Origin: Planctomycetota bacterium
GTDB taxonomy: Bacteria > Planctomycetota > Planctomycetia > Planctomycetales > Planctomycetaceae
Direction: 5' to 3'
Assembly (NCBI GenBank): GCA_014584345.1
Contig: JACTNB010000027.1
Coordinates: 5,785 to 69,784, forward strand
DNA length: 64,000 bases
In this document: positions 21,539 through 32,730 of the stretch, piece after piece
Layout: every line of letters begins with the position of its first letter
How positions within the stretch are numbered: position 1 is the stretch's first letter
Program-made: the position numbers and the translations under genes
Notes under the pieces: generated by a model
Told to the model about the DNA's origin: nothing
What the model saw: the letters and a program-made list of their open reading frames with translations, nothing else
Databases searched by the model: none

Positions 21539-21869
21539 GTTGTTTCCGTGGGCTTCATCTGCCCGATGTCGATTAATATGTGCCTCGGCCCAATCGCAAG
21601 AGAGCGGCCGGAAAGCCCGGCGACCAACGTCCGTCCCGTCCCGGATGAGGGAAATCGCGCGATTCTGGTAGGGGATTATGAGGACCGCGTTCGTTCCCTT
21701 CAACCAAGAGGCAAATTCTCAAGCAGCAGATTTTTGCCGGGCGGACGGAATTTCACGCCTCGTCAGGATATCCGAAGCGATCCCCGCGGGAAAGACTGGC
21801 TCGCGTGCGGTGAAATTGATATGATCTCCCCTAAATTCCTTCTTTGATGGGACGTAATCCGGGAGTGCT

Positions 21870-23108
21870 ATGATGCGACGCTGCCTGTGGACCTGGCTTG
21901 CCCTGTTCGGCTGTTTGAGCGTGAACTTCGTGACCGATGTCTCCGCGGAAAACTGGCCTCGGTTTCGCGGTCCGAATGGGGCCGGGATTTCCTCGGAAAC
22001 AGGCTTCCCGGAAACCTGGACCGAGAACGATTACGCCTGGGTGATCAATTTGCCGGGAATCGGGCACTGCTCGCCCGTGATCTGGGACGATCAACTCTAC
22101 GTGACTGCGGGCGAGACGGATGGGACCGTGCGTCGGTTGCTGTGTTACGATGCCAAAACCGGAGTGGAACGCTGGCGGCGGGAACTGGCGCTGAACGATG
22201 TGCATCTGCACTTGAAGAACAGTCACGCCTCGGGTTCGCCCGCCACCGATGGCCGCCACGTGGTGGCAGTTTTTGGCGACGAAACACAACTCGTGGCTGG
22301 CTGTTGGACGGTGGATGGCAAGGAACTCTGGCGGCAGGATCTGGGGGAATTCCTCAGCGAGCACGGCCCCGCCTGTTCGCCGATTATTCAGGGTAATCTG
22401 GTCATCGTCTGCAAGGAAATGAAAGGCCCGAGTGCGATTTTTGCCCTCGATGTGGAGACGGGAAAGCTCGTCTGGAAAACCGAACGTGAATTTCGTCGGA
22501 CCTCCTATGCCACGCCCATCGTGCGCACCCGGAAGGATGGGGTGGATGAAGTCATTTGCGTGAGCGGCATGATGGGCATCACCGGCCTGGAACTCAAAAC
22601 GGGCAAGATGCTCTGGAAAAGTCCGGAGTTCCCCATGCGCACCGTGGGCTCTCCCGTTCTGACCGAAAAAGCCGTGTTAAATCTGTGCGGCTCCGGGGGG
22701 AGTGGCAAGTTGTTGATGGCCATCCCGCTCGATCAGACTGGCGAAATCGAACCGCTGTACACGATGTCGCAGAAAATTCCCTATGTCCCCACTCCCATCT
22801 ATAAGGATGGCCTGCTGTTCTTCCTGCTGGATGGCGGGATCCTGCATTGTGCCAACGCCGAGAATGGCGAGGAAGTGTGGGTGGAGCGTCTCGGCGGCAA
22901 ATTCACCGCTTCGCCGATCTGGCTGGATGGGCGGATTTATGCCGTGGATGAAGAAGGAACCGTCGTTGTGATGAAAGTGGGGGCGGAGGAGTTCCGGGAA
23001 CTCGCACGGGTTCCTCTGGGGGAGATGAGCCACTCCACGCCGGCGGTCGCCAATGGAAGGCTCTACTTCAAAACCGCCACGAAATTGTTTTGCCTGCCTG
23101 CAAAATAA
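21870..23108 (+). CDS. PQQ-binding-like beta-propeller repeat protein
   Basis: signal peptide, NWPRFRGPNGAG, repeated ..ALD..TG...W blades, STPAVANGRLY. Confidence 0.92.
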   Translation: MMRRCLWTWLALFGCLSVNFVTDVSAENWPRFRGPNGAGISSETGFPETWTENDYAWVINLPGIGHCSPVIWDDQLYVTAGETDGTVRRLLCYDAKTGVERWRRELALNDVHLHLKNSHASGSPATDGRHVVAVFGDETQLVAGCWTVDGKELWRQDLGEFLSEHGPACSPIIQGNLVIVCKEMKGPSAIFALDVETGKLVWKTEREFRRTSYATPIVRTRKDGVDEVICVSGMMGITGLELKTGKMLWKSPEFPMRTVGSPVLTEKAVLNLCGSGGSGKLLMAIPLDQTGEIEPLYTMSQKIPYVPTPIYKDGLLFFLLDGGILHCANAENGEEVWVERLGGKFTASPIWLDGRIYAVDEEGTVVVMKVGAEEFRELARVPLGEMSHSTPAVANGRLYFKTATKLFCLPAK

Positions 23109-23272
23109 GAACCCCTTTCTGCTGCGAGACCGCGGGCCCAAGTGAAAGTCGTCGGCACGTTATCGCCGTGTCGGCTGGATTATCCCTGCATGGGGCAGCA
23201 CGTCTTTTCATCGTGCCTTTCCCCTTGGTTGAGCCCATGTGACAACAGGGCCCCTGTTTCTGCTTAAGGAAT

Positions 23273-23773
23273 ATGATCATGCCCGCCTGGCCTGGAGGGG
23301 AATGCCCCGATTGTGGCGATTACATGCCTCCCAATCTGATTACATGCCAGACATGCCGCGCTTTGTTGAATCCCGAACTGGAAATCGGACTCGTGCAGAT
23401 CCCGGAGTTCATTCCGCTCAAGGAAATATCTCCCGAGGAACTGGCTCGCACCGAGTCTGGCTCGGGTGATGCGGGAACATCCGACACCGCGCGGCCAGGG
23501 CCTGTCGTTCCTCCTCGAGGCTTCTTTGTTCGGTGTCCCGGATGCAGGCAAGAGTTGAAGATCCCCGAACAGTTTGCCCATGCGCGCGTGCAATGCAAGC
23601 ACTGCAATGTTCCGTTTGTGCTTGACCAAACCATGCGCCGCCAGCAGGTGGAGGCATGTTATGCGAATTGCCCGCATTGCAGCCAGCGACTCCGCGTGTC
23701 TGTCAAGTTTGTGAACAAGCAGGTTGCCTGTAACTTTTGTGGCGGCGCGTTGATGCTGCGCTATGAACCGTAG
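23273..23773 (+). CDS. multi-zinc-ribbon hypothetical protein
   Basis: six CxxC motifs: CPDC, CQTC, CPGC, CKHC, CPHC, CNFC. Confidence 0.8.
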   Translation: MIMPAWPGGECPDCGDYMPPNLITCQTCRALLNPELEIGLVQIPEFIPLKEISPEELARTESGSGDAGTSDTARPGPVVPPRGFFVRCPGCRQELKIPEQFAHARVQCKHCNVPFVLDQTMRRQQVEACYANCPHCSQRLRVSVKFVNKQVACNFCGGALMLRYEP

Positions 23774-24033
23774 AGCCCTTGATCTCCTGAATTTGACGTG
23801 GGGGCCAAGGACGGGGCCGCGCCCCTGTTCGCGCAACTAACCGCGTCCGTCGCGGCGTGTTGGAATTGGGTGACATGCTCTCGCGCCGCGGGCGGGTGTG
23901 CATGCCGAGCGTACGTTCGGCATGCACCTGGGAATCCGAGCCGCCGCTGTGGGCTTCGGGAATCCGTCCGGAAATCTCCGACGGTGGCGTGCAAGGGTAA
24001 GGCAGGCGCGGCCCCCGAAATGTCCCGAACGGA

Positions 24034-25035
24034 TTAAAACTGGGCCAGAAACCGCAGATCGTTTTCGAACAGCAGCCGGATATCGTGAATGCCGTAGCGT
24101 TTCATGCAGAGCCGTTCAATCCCCAATCCGAACGCGAAACCGCTGACGCGCTCCGGATCGTAGCCGACTGCCTTTAGCACATTCGGGTCGACCATGCCCG
24201 CGCCACCGACTTCCATCCAACTGTCTCCCCATTGAATGTCGACTTCCACGGAGGGTTCGGTGAACGGGAAGAACGAGGGGCGGAAGCGGATGGCAATATC
24301 GTCTCCCAGGTACTGCGTCGCTATCAGTTTCAGAACCGTTTTCAGGTTCGACATCGTCACGTGTTCGTCGATGTAGAGGCCTTCCATCTGGTGAAACATG
24401 CAGGAATGCGTGGCATCGATGGTATCTGGACGATAGACACGCCCCGTGGAAATAATCCGCACCGGGGGCGGGGTCTGCTCCATCACGCGAATCTGCACCG
24501 TCGAGGTTTGGCTGCGGAGCAACCAGGGACCCTCCTGTTGACTGGAAGCAACCGCCAGATAGAAGTTGTCAAGGGGATCACGGGCCGGGTGTTCCTCGGG
24601 AATATTCAACGCCACGAAGTTGTGGTAATCGTCCTCGACTTCGGGTCCCTCGGCGACGGCAAATCCCAAGCGGCCAGCGATTTCCTTGAACTCGGTAATC
24701 GTTTGGGTGATGGGGTGCCGACGCCCCAGCAGCCGCTGCGTGCCTGGGAGTGTGATATCGAAGCCCTCGCGCTGTGCGCGGGGCACGCTCAATTCCTGTT
24801 TTCGGGCTTCCCAGGCTTGTTCCACGGCCTGCTTGACTTCGTTGAACCGCTTCCCGATGGCGGGGCGTTGTTCGGGAGTCGCCTTGGAGAGCTCAGTCTG
24901 CAGATCCTTCAGGCGGCCCTTTTTCTTGCCCAGAAAATGGATTCGGGCTTCTTCCAGGGTGTTGGCGTCCTGGCAGCTCTGGATCGATTGCAGTGCTTCG
25001 GCCTGATAGCTGTCGAGAACAGTCAGCAATTCCAT
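24034..25035 (-). CDS. pheS: phenylalanine--tRNA ligase alpha subunit
   Basis: [60 protein letters not shown]. Confidence 0.98.
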   Translation of the reverse strand: MELLTVLDSYQAEALQSIQSCQDANTLEEARIHFLGKKKGRLKDLQTELSKATPEQRPAIGKRFNEVKQAVEQAWEARKQELSVPRAQREGFDITLPGTQRLLGRRHPITQTITEFKEIAGRLGFAVAEGPEVEDDYHNFVALNIPEEHPARDPLDNFYLAVASSQQEGPWLLRSQTSTVQIRVMEQTPPPVRIISTGRVYRPDTIDATHSCMFHQMEGLYIDEHVTMSNLKTVLKLIATQYLGDDIAIRFRPSFFPFTEPSVEVDIQWGDSWMEVGGAGMVDPNVLKAVGYDPERVSGFAFGLGIERLCMKRYGIHDIRLLFENDLRFLAQF

Positions 25036-25181
25036 TGATGGAACCTGTCGGGAAACGGGTGCGCGTCACAGGCTCTGCAGGGGGATCCTGCCCAAGGCGA
25101 GAACGCGGCAAACGCCTCGGTTTTTCGCGGACATATCTTGATTGTGCAGGGCGCGCAGCGGATGCGTGCCAAGCCAGGCGA

Positions 25182-25538
25182 TCAAGTCTGGGCCTGCTGC
25201 TTAACCAGGGCGATCACCTCAGCGAAGACGGCAGGATTGTTGAACGCCAGTTCGCTCAAGGACTTGCGGTTCAGGCCCAGATTGGATTTGAGTGCCATGT
25301 TCATGAACTCGGAATAACGCAATCCGTGCATGCGGCAAGCGGCATTCAAGCGGATGATCCACAGCTTGCGCATTTCCCGCTTGCGGACGCGGCGGTCGCG
25401 AAAGGCGTAGGCGCGGGCTCGCAGGATTGTTTCCTGAATGGTGCGAATCAGATTCTTCCGGGCACCGAAATTCCCTTTGGCTTCGCGAAGCAGGCGTTTC
25501 TTGGACTTCAGGCGAGCCTTGCTGGTTTTAACTCTCAT
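25182..25538 (-). CDS. rplT: 50S ribosomal protein L20
   Basis: [46 protein letters not shown]. Confidence 0.98.
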   Translation of the reverse strand: MRVKTSKARLKSKKRLLREAKGNFGARKNLIRTIQETILRARAYAFRDRRVRKREMRKLWIIRLNAACRMHGLRYSEFMNMALKSNLGLNRKSLSELAFNNPAVFAEVIALVKQQAQT

Positions 25539-25638
25539 GTCAATTCTCTGTCGTGGATACGGTCAAGCAGTTGGAATAGGGGAAAACCACGCATGTCTGC
25601 GTCGGCGGAAGAGTTCCTGGCCGACTCAGGGCGGGAAG

Positions 25639-25839
25639 TCACAGGCCGGGGCGAAGTGCAGCCGCAATTTTCTTGGCGACGGTTCCGGTAATCACACCAT
25701 CCCCGCGCAAGCCACGTTTTCGGTCTCCGGATTTCTTGCCCAGAATGTGTCCGCGGTTCGCTTTCCGGTGCTTGGCCTTTCCGCTGGCCGTGATTTTGAA
25801 CCGTTTCTGCATTCCCTTGTGTGTTTTCTGCTTCGGCAT
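25639..25839 (-). CDS. rpmI: 50S ribosomal protein L35
   Basis: [28 protein letters not shown]. Confidence 0.97.
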   Translation of the reverse strand: MPKQKTHKGMQKRFKITASGKAKHRKANRGHILGKKSGDRKRGLRGDGVITGTVAKKIAAALRPGL

Positions 25840-26026
25840 GTTGTTCACCGTATGTTTACAATAGTGCGACGGTTGTGCACCGTCTCAAGAACATAGTTTT
25901 GGTTCGGCAAGATACATCCGAGTATCAAGCCGCTCTGACTGCGAGCGTTTTTCCCAAGCAGACCGATCGCGGCAAAAACTTTCGCGGCGGTACGGGGAAT
26001 ATCGGCATACTAAAAACGAGTCGCGA

Positions 26027-26035
26027 AGTATAACA
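26027..26035 (-). promoter_or_regulatory. putative extended -10 promoter (TGnTATACT) for rpmI-rplT
   Basis: minus strand reads TGTTATACT about 190 nt upstream of rpmI; no clear -35. Confidence 0.35.
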
Positions 26036-26117
26036 AGCCTCGACACCGACTGGTAGTGATTCACCACTCAAAGTTCGGAAAAGTTTTTTCCGTCCGGGGC
26101 GAACGGTTTTCGGAAGC

Positions 26118-26624
26118 TTATTTGGGGGCCAGAATCGCTGTCATACTGCGACCGCTTTCCATGCCAGGGGGTTTTTCGAGCTTGGCGATATCTTCCAGAT
26201 CAGCAACGATGCTGTTCAAAACGTCACGTCCGCGTTCGTGGTGGGCATTTTCGCGTCCCTTGAACATGACGGTCAGTTTGACTTTGTCGCGATGTGCCAG
26301 GAAGTCGCGAGCTTTTTTCATCTTGAATTCGATGTCGTGTTCGCCGATTTTTGGTCGCAGGCGAATTTCCTTGAGTTGTGTCTGGTGAACCTTGGTGTTC
26401 TTGCTGGCCTTCCGCTTTTGCTCGTACTTAAATTTGCCGTAATCCATGATGCGGCAAACAGGCGGGCGTTCATTGGGGGCCACTTCCACAAGATCCAGTC
26501 CAGATTCCAGCGCCAGCGCCAGCGCCTTGGCCGTTTCAATTACTCCGAGCATCTCTCCTTCATTACTGACCACCCTGATGGGGGAGATCCTGATTTGCTC
26601 ATTGAGCCGGTGCGTAGTCTCGAT
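26118..26624 (-). CDS. infC: translation initiation factor IF-3, non-canonical ATC start
   Basis: frame extends 17 codons upstream of the ORF-track GTG ([18 protein letters not shown], the conserved NEQIR motif) to an ATC with AAAGGA 7 nt upstream; [30 protein letters not shown]. Confidence 0.95.
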   Translation of the reverse strand: METTHRLNEQIRISPIRVVSNEGEMLGVIETAKALALALESGLDLVEVAPNERPPVCRIMDYGKFKYEQKRKASKNTKVHQTQLKEIRLRPKIGEHDIEFKMKKARDFLAHRDKVKLTVMFKGRENAHHERGRDVLNSIVADLEDIAKLEKPPGMESGRSMTAILAPK

Positions 26625-27319
26625 TGTGTTTTCCTTTCAAATCTCTTGGAACAAACTCGGAGGAGATACGATCTCTCAGTGTATTCAGACGGATTTGTCT
26701 GTGTTATGGCCCGTCTTGTATTATTTGTTCAGTATTCCTGGCCCCGTACCCCGTTTGTGGGCGTCATTTACAGGGAAGGAATTGTGACAATAATACTGGG
26801 TTATGACAATAATATACGGAAATGCAATGGAGGGATCAATAACAGCGGATCCCTGGTGCGATTTTCCGTTTCGGTACCGTTTGCCCGTGGACGACTGCTT
26901 GCCCGGCTATAATATCCCCAAGATGCTGTTTACAATTCGGATCATCGAAGGATTATTTATCGCAGTTTTTCCCGCGGGTCAAGAAATTCCATGGAAAAAC
27001 CCTGTCCTGGGGGCGAGTTCGCCACGTACGAGCCAGGCGTGGGAAAGTCCCGCCGGGGGGGATCTGCTGCCGTTTCGCGTGGATCCGCCACAGCCGATCT
27101 TGGTTCTTTTGGGGAAAACTGATACAAGAACGGTTCGGGGCCGGGGCAATCACCGGGATGCATTTCCGCGGTGCAGGGCAGGCTGCCGGTTTCGTTCGAG
27201 AAGTTTGCCTGACGGCGCTCGCATGCGCATGCAGACGAAAATGGTATGATAGACGTCGCTGGCGTTCACGTCTGTAAGGGGCAGGACAACGTGCAATCCG
27301 CAACGAGGAGAGAAAAGGA

Positions 27320-29908
27320 ATGGCTGAAATGAAGACCTCGATCAGGCCGTGTGTCGCAATGTCGACCACTTTGCCCGTTGCGGCCAGGGAGTCCCGGACT
27401 CGGGTGTTCCCCGCGAATCGCCCCGGCTGGAGCCTGAGCTTCGTGGTAGGGCCTGCGGTGTTTGCCATGCTGTCCTGCCTGATGCTTCTCGGACAGGCCG
27501 AGACTCCCGCGAGGGGCGAGGATCGCCCCGTGGTGGATCCCGCGGCTCAGCCGGAATCTCAGCCAAAACTGCCGGAACTACTGGAGCATTTGCGTCAGCT
27601 CGGAGACGATGCCGTCGACCCGACGCCACTTCCCTTGCCCGACGAGCAGACGCAAAACGGCCGCAAGGCGCGCGCGTTATATATGTCGGGCCGTGTTTTC
27701 GAACAGGACAAGAAATTTCGCGAAGCCTACGAGGCCTACCGCGAGGCGCTTTCCCTTGATCCCAATTCACTGACGTTGCATCGTGCCTTGATCCCCCTGG
27801 CGTTCAGGCTGGAAAAGACGGAGGAAGCCATCACGCTCGCCAGGCGGGCCGTGGAACTGGATCCCAATAATTTCGAGCTGCTGAGTCAGTTGGGGATTTA
27901 TGCATTGCGGCAGCAGGACCTGCAAGGTTCCATCGACTTCTTTCAAAAAGCAGTGAAAAGCCAGACCGTTGACAAAAAAAGCGGGCAATATGTTTCGATC
28001 ATGAGCCAGTTGGGGCAGTTGTATCTTTCCATTGGCGACAATGAACGCGCCGCCGAGGCTTATGAAACGGTCTTTGATGCGTTGACGCAACCCGATGCTT
28101 ACCGTCTGGATTTTCGCACGGTGCAGGCGCTGGAATCGATCCGCGGAACGAAAGCGGAAACCTTCGAGTCCTTCGGGGAATTGTTTCTTGCCACCAGTCG
28201 CCTCGAAAAAGCCGAAGCAGCTTTCCTCAAGGCACAGGATGCCAGTCGGGGAAAGCGGGCCGTTTTCAGTTATCAACTGGCCCGGGTTTTGACAAAAAAG
28301 CAGGACTTTCCGGCGGCCGAGGCCAAGTTGCGTGAGTATTTCGATGCTAAGTTGAATCAGAAGGGCCGGGGACCATATTTGCTGCTGGCGGAATTGCTCC
28401 GCGAGCAGAATCAGGCGGACCAGATCACCGCGCGGCTGGAACATTTGGCTCAACAGGACCCTGAAAATCAGGATTTGCGTTTGTATCTTGCCGAGCGGTA
28501 TGTGGTCGACGACCGGCTGGATGACGCGGAAGAAATCTATGAAACGTACAAGGAAGACGGCAGCAACAAGGGGGAGATTTATCTCGGCTTGTTGCAGATC
28601 CATCGGAAGCGGAATCAGCCCGAGAAAGCCTTGCAGGCCTTGACTCAGGCCATGATGAACGGCGCTAACAACGAGCGGCTGGAAGCGGAACTGGAACTAC
28701 TGGCCCAGAACGCCGAACTGGCCGATGCCATGATCGAACTCGGGCTGGAACAACAGGAAGGTGACAAGCGGGAATTGTTCTCCCAGGCCTACCTGGTGGC
28801 AAAACTGGCCATGCAGCGGAAGAATTACGAGGCCGTGATCGATTTTTATCAGCGGGCCATGGAAATTCGGCAGGAACGCCAGATTCTGTTGACTCTCTAC
28901 AACGAGTTGATTCAGTTCCTGATTGCCGAGGAACAATACGAGCTGACGATCGACGTGCTGGAAGAAGCCATTGATAACCCCGGTCTGGCCCAGGTCCGTC
29001 AGGCGTTTCAACTGCAGTTGATTCGCGTGCTGGCGCAGGACAAGAAAACCGAGCAGGCCCTGGAGGTCGTCCGGATTGCACGCGAATCCGATCCCGAGAA
29101 CCTGCTCTGGCAGTACCAGGAAGGCTGGATTTACTACATTGCCGAGAACTGGGAAGAAGCCATCAAGCTGCTGGGGCCCGTGCTGGAAAAGGCGGTCGAG
29201 CAGGATAACGAAGGGATCGAACGCGAAGTGCGTTATAACCTGTCGCGTTGCCTGGCGTTCGCGGGGTTGGTGAACGAGGCTTTGGAACTGATGACGCAGT
29301 CCCTGGATCAGCAGCCCGAAAACCTGCTCTGGCAGTACCAGAAGGGCTGGGTTTATTACTACTCTCATCAATGGGGCAAGGCCATCGAGGAATTCCAGAA
29401 ACTGATTGCACGGGAGGATCAGGCCGAAAACAAAACGCTGGTTCGGCAGGCGAAGTTTTCACTATCGGCGGCTTATGTGCAAAACGAGCAGTTCGACGAA
29501 GGGGAGCAAATTCTGGAGGCGATCTACGAACAGGATCCCGATGATATTTCCGTCTGCAACGATCTGGGATATCTGTATGCGGATCGCGATAAGAAACTGG
29601 ATCAGGCGCACGAAATGATCCGCAAGGCGGTCAAGGCGGAACCCGACAACCACGCTTATCTGGACAGCCTGGGGTGGGTCTTGTATCGCCTGGGGCGTTA
29701 CGAGGAGGCGCGCAAGCATCTGGAGCAGGCGGTGCAGGATTCCGAGCAGGGGGACGCCGTGCTCTGGGACCACTTGGGGGACTGTTACCACAAATTGAAT
29801 CTGACGGAAAAAGCCCGCCAGGCATGGAATACGGCTCTGGAGCATGAACGCAAGGAGAAATTCTCCAATCAGAAGTTGATCCAGCAGATCGAACAGAAAT
29901 TAAAATAG
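27320..29908 (+). CDS. large exported tetratricopeptide repeat protein
   Basis: N-terminal hydrophobic segment; many TPRs; C-terminal [31 protein letters not shown] module; exact start uncertain. Confidence 0.92.
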   Translation: MAEMKTSIRPCVAMSTTLPVAARESRTRVFPANRPGWSLSFVVGPAVFAMLSCLMLLGQAETPARGEDRPVVDPAAQPESQPKLPELLEHLRQLGDDAVDPTPLPLPDEQTQNGRKARALYMSGRVFEQDKKFREAYEAYREALSLDPNSLTLHRALIPLAFRLEKTEEAITLARRAVELDPNNFELLSQLGIYALRQQDLQGSIDFFQKAVKSQTVDKKSGQYVSIMSQLGQLYLSIGDNERAAEAYETVFDALTQPDAYRLDFRTVQALESIRGTKAETFESFGELFLATSRLEKAEAAFLKAQDASRGKRAVFSYQLARVLTKKQDFPAAEAKLREYFDAKLNQKGRGPYLLLAELLREQNQADQITARLEHLAQQDPENQDLRLYLAERYVVDDRLDDAEEIYETYKEDGSNKGEIYLGLLQIHRKRNQPEKALQALTQAMMNGANNERLEAELELLAQNAELADAMIELGLEQQEGDKRELFSQAYLVAKLAMQRKNYEAVIDFYQRAMEIRQERQILLTLYNELIQFLIAEEQYELTIDVLEEAIDNPGLAQVRQAFQLQLIRVLAQDKKTEQALEVVRIARESDPENLLWQYQEGWIYYIAENWEEAIKLLGPVLEKAVEQDNEGIEREVRYNLSRCLAFAGLVNEALELMTQSLDQQPENLLWQYQKGWVYYYSHQWGKAIEEFQKLIAREDQAENKTLVRQAKFSLSAAYVQNEQFDEGEQILEAIYEQDPDDISVCNDLGYLYADRDKKLDQAHEMIRKAVKAEPDNHAYLDSLGWVLYRLGRYEEARKHLEQAVQDSEQGDAVLWDHLGDCYHKLNLTEKARQAWNTALEHERKEKFSNQKLIQQIEQKLK

Positions 29909-29997
29909 CGGTAACAACGACAGCGGCGCGGGAACTCTGGTTCGACCGTCGCTGGCAGGGTTTGGATTCTGATCAAGGGACGATTACGGTTGAAGTT

Positions 29998-30750
29998 ATG
30001 GCAGGTCATTCACACTGGGCGAACATCGCCCACAAAAAAGGGCGGGCGGATAAAAAGAAGGGGAAGTTGTTCGGGAAGCTTTCCAAGGCGATTATCGTGG
30101 CGGCTCAGAATGGAGGGGGAGATCCCGACGCGAATCTGGCGCTGCGGTATGCCATCGACAAGGCCCGCAAGAACAGCATGCCCCGCGACAATATCGAACG
30201 GGCCATCAAGAGAGCAACCGGCGAAGCGGGGGGTGTCCACTACGAGGATCTGCTTTACGAAGGATATGGCCCGGCCGGCGTGGCCGTGATGTGCGAAATC
30301 CTCACGGACAATCGCAATCGGACAGCACCGGAAATCAAGAAAATTCTCGAACTTCACAATGGCAATCTGGGAACCACCGGGTGCGTTGCCTGGATGTTCG
30401 AACGCAAGGGGATGTTTCTCATTCCACTTGCCGCGACTTCGGAAGATGCCCTGATGGAACTGGCCCTCGAAGCGGGGGCGGAGGACGTGAAAACCACCGA
30501 AGAGGGCTATGAAGTCCAGTGCGCGCCCGATCTCTTCGAGGCGGTCGAACAGGCGCTGCAACAGGCCCGTATCGAGCCTGCCACCGCCGAAATCCTGCGG
30601 ATCCCCGCCAATACCGTCGACCTCGAGGGGGACGATGCCCGCAGAATGTTGAAGTTACTGGAAGCGCTGGAAGACCACGACGATGTCCAGAGCGTTACGG
30701 CTAACTTCAACATTTCCGACGAGATCATGGAGGCGGTCGCCTCCGAGTGA
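29998..30750 (+). CDS. yebC: YebC/PmpR family protein
   Basis: MAGHSHWANIAHKK..AKKNSMP-like ARKNSMPRDNIERAI, YEGYGPAGVA, TDNRNRT, LEDHDDVQSV. Confidence 0.96.
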   Translation: MAGHSHWANIAHKKGRADKKKGKLFGKLSKAIIVAAQNGGGDPDANLALRYAIDKARKNSMPRDNIERAIKRATGEAGGVHYEDLLYEGYGPAGVAVMCEILTDNRNRTAPEIKKILELHNGNLGTTGCVAWMFERKGMFLIPLAATSEDALMELALEAGAEDVKTTEEGYEVQCAPDLFEAVEQALQQARIEPATAEILRIPANTVDLEGDDARRMLKLLEALEDHDDVQSVTANFNISDEIMEAVASE

Positions 30751-30799
30751 TCGCTGGACGCCGCTTGCCCCGGAAACTCTACGCCAGTGGATTCGGGCA

Positions 30800-31912
30800 T
30801 CAGGAATGCTTGGAGACAATGCGGGAGTCCGCGGGGAGACCGGGTTGGACTCGCCCGTAGCCTTTCCGCAGCCAGGTCTTCAAGGACTGCAGGTGTCTCC
30901 GCCGCAAGGGCAGAATACATTTGACGGCGGTTTTCCAAGTTTGCCCGATCGCTCCACGATTCCAGACGGCCTGGCAGGCATGCTTCAGGCTGGCAAGCTT
31001 CTTGCCTGTTTCCATTTCTTCATGGGCCAGCCAGTCGTAGCTTTCCGCCACCACCGCGCGGCGTTCACGGCGGGTCAAGCCGCTTTCCAGCCCGTGTTCC
31101 GCTAATTCCTCGTGGAGTGTCCTCACGTACGAGCGGGCGAAGTGAATGCGGTTGCTCGGGCGAGTGATGTTGTCTCCCAGATTGATACGGTACAAAATGG
31201 ATGCCGCATCGATGTAGGCCACTTCTCCCAGCCGGCAGGTTGCCAGGTGGAACTTGAAGTCCTCGCCGCCGTTTCGCATGGCGGTATCGAAAGGTCCGAT
31301 TTGCCTGACCCAGTCGGTTTTGATGACCACCGTGGGCGTATGCACCAGGTTCCCCTGGAACATCTGACGATAGATCGTCCCGATACCACAGAGGGTGTTC
31401 GCGAATTCCGGAGCGATCCGCGGGCAATGTCTCCCCAACGGTTCCAACGAGGCAAACAGTTTGCCATCGGGCAGCAGGGAATAGGCGGAATACATTTTCC
31501 GGAGGTAGTTGAGGGACAGCAATTCACCCGTGCCGGAGATCGCATCCATGTTCGTCCAGCACATTCCGACGTGGGGAGCCGCTTGCAGCAGTTCCATTTG
31601 AATTGCAAGTTTCCAGGGATGCCACAGGTCGTCGGAATCGAGGAAGGCCACATACTCGCCTTGGGCCTGCGCGATGGCGTGATTCCTGGCGGCGGAAACT
31701 CCCTGGTTGGCCTGGTGAAAATAGCGGACGCGCTCGTCCCGGGCGGCAAACTCCTCCACAATCTGTCGGGTGTCATCGGTGGAACCGTCGTCGACAACAA
31801 TCACCTCCAGGGCTTTCCAAGTCTGGGACAGGGCACTTTCCAGTGTCTCGCCGATAAATCGGGCGCGGTTGAATGTCGGAATCACAACAGAAACGAGAGA
31901 CGCGCAAGACAT
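30800..31912 (-). CDS. glycosyltransferase family 2
   Basis: VSVVIPTFNR, VVDDGSTDDT, NQGVSAARN, FLDSDD, GEDF; start at MSCASL. Confidence 0.93.
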   Translation of the reverse strand: MSCASLVSVVIPTFNRARFIGETLESALSQTWKALEVIVVDDGSTDDTRQIVEEFAARDERVRYFHQANQGVSAARNHAIAQAQGEYVAFLDSDDLWHPWKLAIQMELLQAAPHVGMCWTNMDAISGTGELLSLNYLRKMYSAYSLLPDGKLFASLEPLGRHCPRIAPEFANTLCGIGTIYRQMFQGNLVHTPTVVIKTDWVRQIGPFDTAMRNGGEDFKFHLATCRLGEVAYIDAASILYRINLGDNITRPSNRIHFARSYVRTLHEELAEHGLESGLTRRERRAVVAESYDWLAHEEMETGKKLASLKHACQAVWNRGAIGQTWKTAVKCILPLRRRHLQSLKTWLRKGYGRVQPGLPADSRIVSKHS

Positions 31913-32158
31913 GGTGAGGCGATCCGGAAAAGGCTGTTCCAGGCTGGATTTCAATTGTAAAAGAACGGGTGTGAGCAGGATGACCGTCAGCAAATTCTGA
32001 TGCTGCACGTATCCCGAAGCCAGATTATTCCCTGGATTTTTCAGGCGTCGCCGCGCAAACCAGGCAAGGCACGTTCAATTTCCGGATTTTGACAGTTAAT
32101 CCGTGCCAACGTTGCCGGAAACAAGCGAGCCGTCCGGCGATTCAATAGTCGGAAAGGA

Positions 32159-32707
32159 CTATTCTTCCTCGAACAACTCGCGGATTCTGCGTTCCCAATG
32201 GGCGACTTCCTCGCTGCTGGTGGTGGTGCTTTCGGGCAGTGTGGGTTGGTCGAGGGGGGTGCATCGGCTGCGTGTGTGTTGCTGCGGCCTGTGTCTTGGG
32301 AGGCGCTGTTGCATCTGCTCGTGGAACTGCTCGCTATCGATGGCACGCGCCTGGCGAGAACGTGCCGCCCGGTGCAGGCGGTGATCGCTGGAGACCACCA
32401 GCACTTGCTTGGGCACGGCATGCTCTTGAATCAACTGCTCGATCTGGGAATCGGCATCGGCATGCTCGACGGCGTTCAGGATGGTCATTCGGGAGACAAA
32501 TTCCCGGGGAGGGACTTCGCTCCGATTGCGGCGGACATCGAACACAATGGTGGTTCGGTCGCGTTCCCCCGGAGAGAGACACGCTTCCAGAAATCGGGCA
32601 AGTCGCTTGCGGGCGTTCTCCAGCGTGATTCCGTCGACTCGCCTGGGGAACATACCTGCCGCGTGGAGAAAGTTATAGCCATCGATGATCAAATATCGTT
32701 TTGCCAT
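32159..32707 (-). CDS. NYN domain (YacP-like) protein
   Basis: LIIDGYNFL, IVFD, ADSQIE, VVSSDHRL acidic PIN/NYN motifs. Confidence 0.88.
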   Translation of the reverse strand: MAKRYLIIDGYNFLHAAGMFPRRVDGITLENARKRLARFLEACLSPGERDRTTIVFDVRRNRSEVPPREFVSRMTILNAVEHADADSQIEQLIQEHAVPKQVLVVSSDHRLHRAARSRQARAIDSEQFHEQMQQRLPRHRPQQHTRSRCTPLDQPTLPESTTTSSEEVAHWERRIRELFEEE

Positions 32708-32730
32708 GCGACCGATGGACTCCCTCTCTA

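Noticed and set aside
25150-25175. TTGGCACGCATCCGCTGC on the minus strand upstream of pheS as a sigma-54 promoter
   Set aside because: The GG-to-GC spacing is not 10 nt.
26838-26849. AATAACAGCGGA shared with the REP doublet 2 spacer (about 56813)
   Set aside because: A 12-nt match without flanking similarity is compatible with chance.
26640-27319. ORFs in the infC-TPR divergent intergenic region
   Set aside because: Atypical composition, overlapping in both directions and no motifs; more likely promoter DNA.
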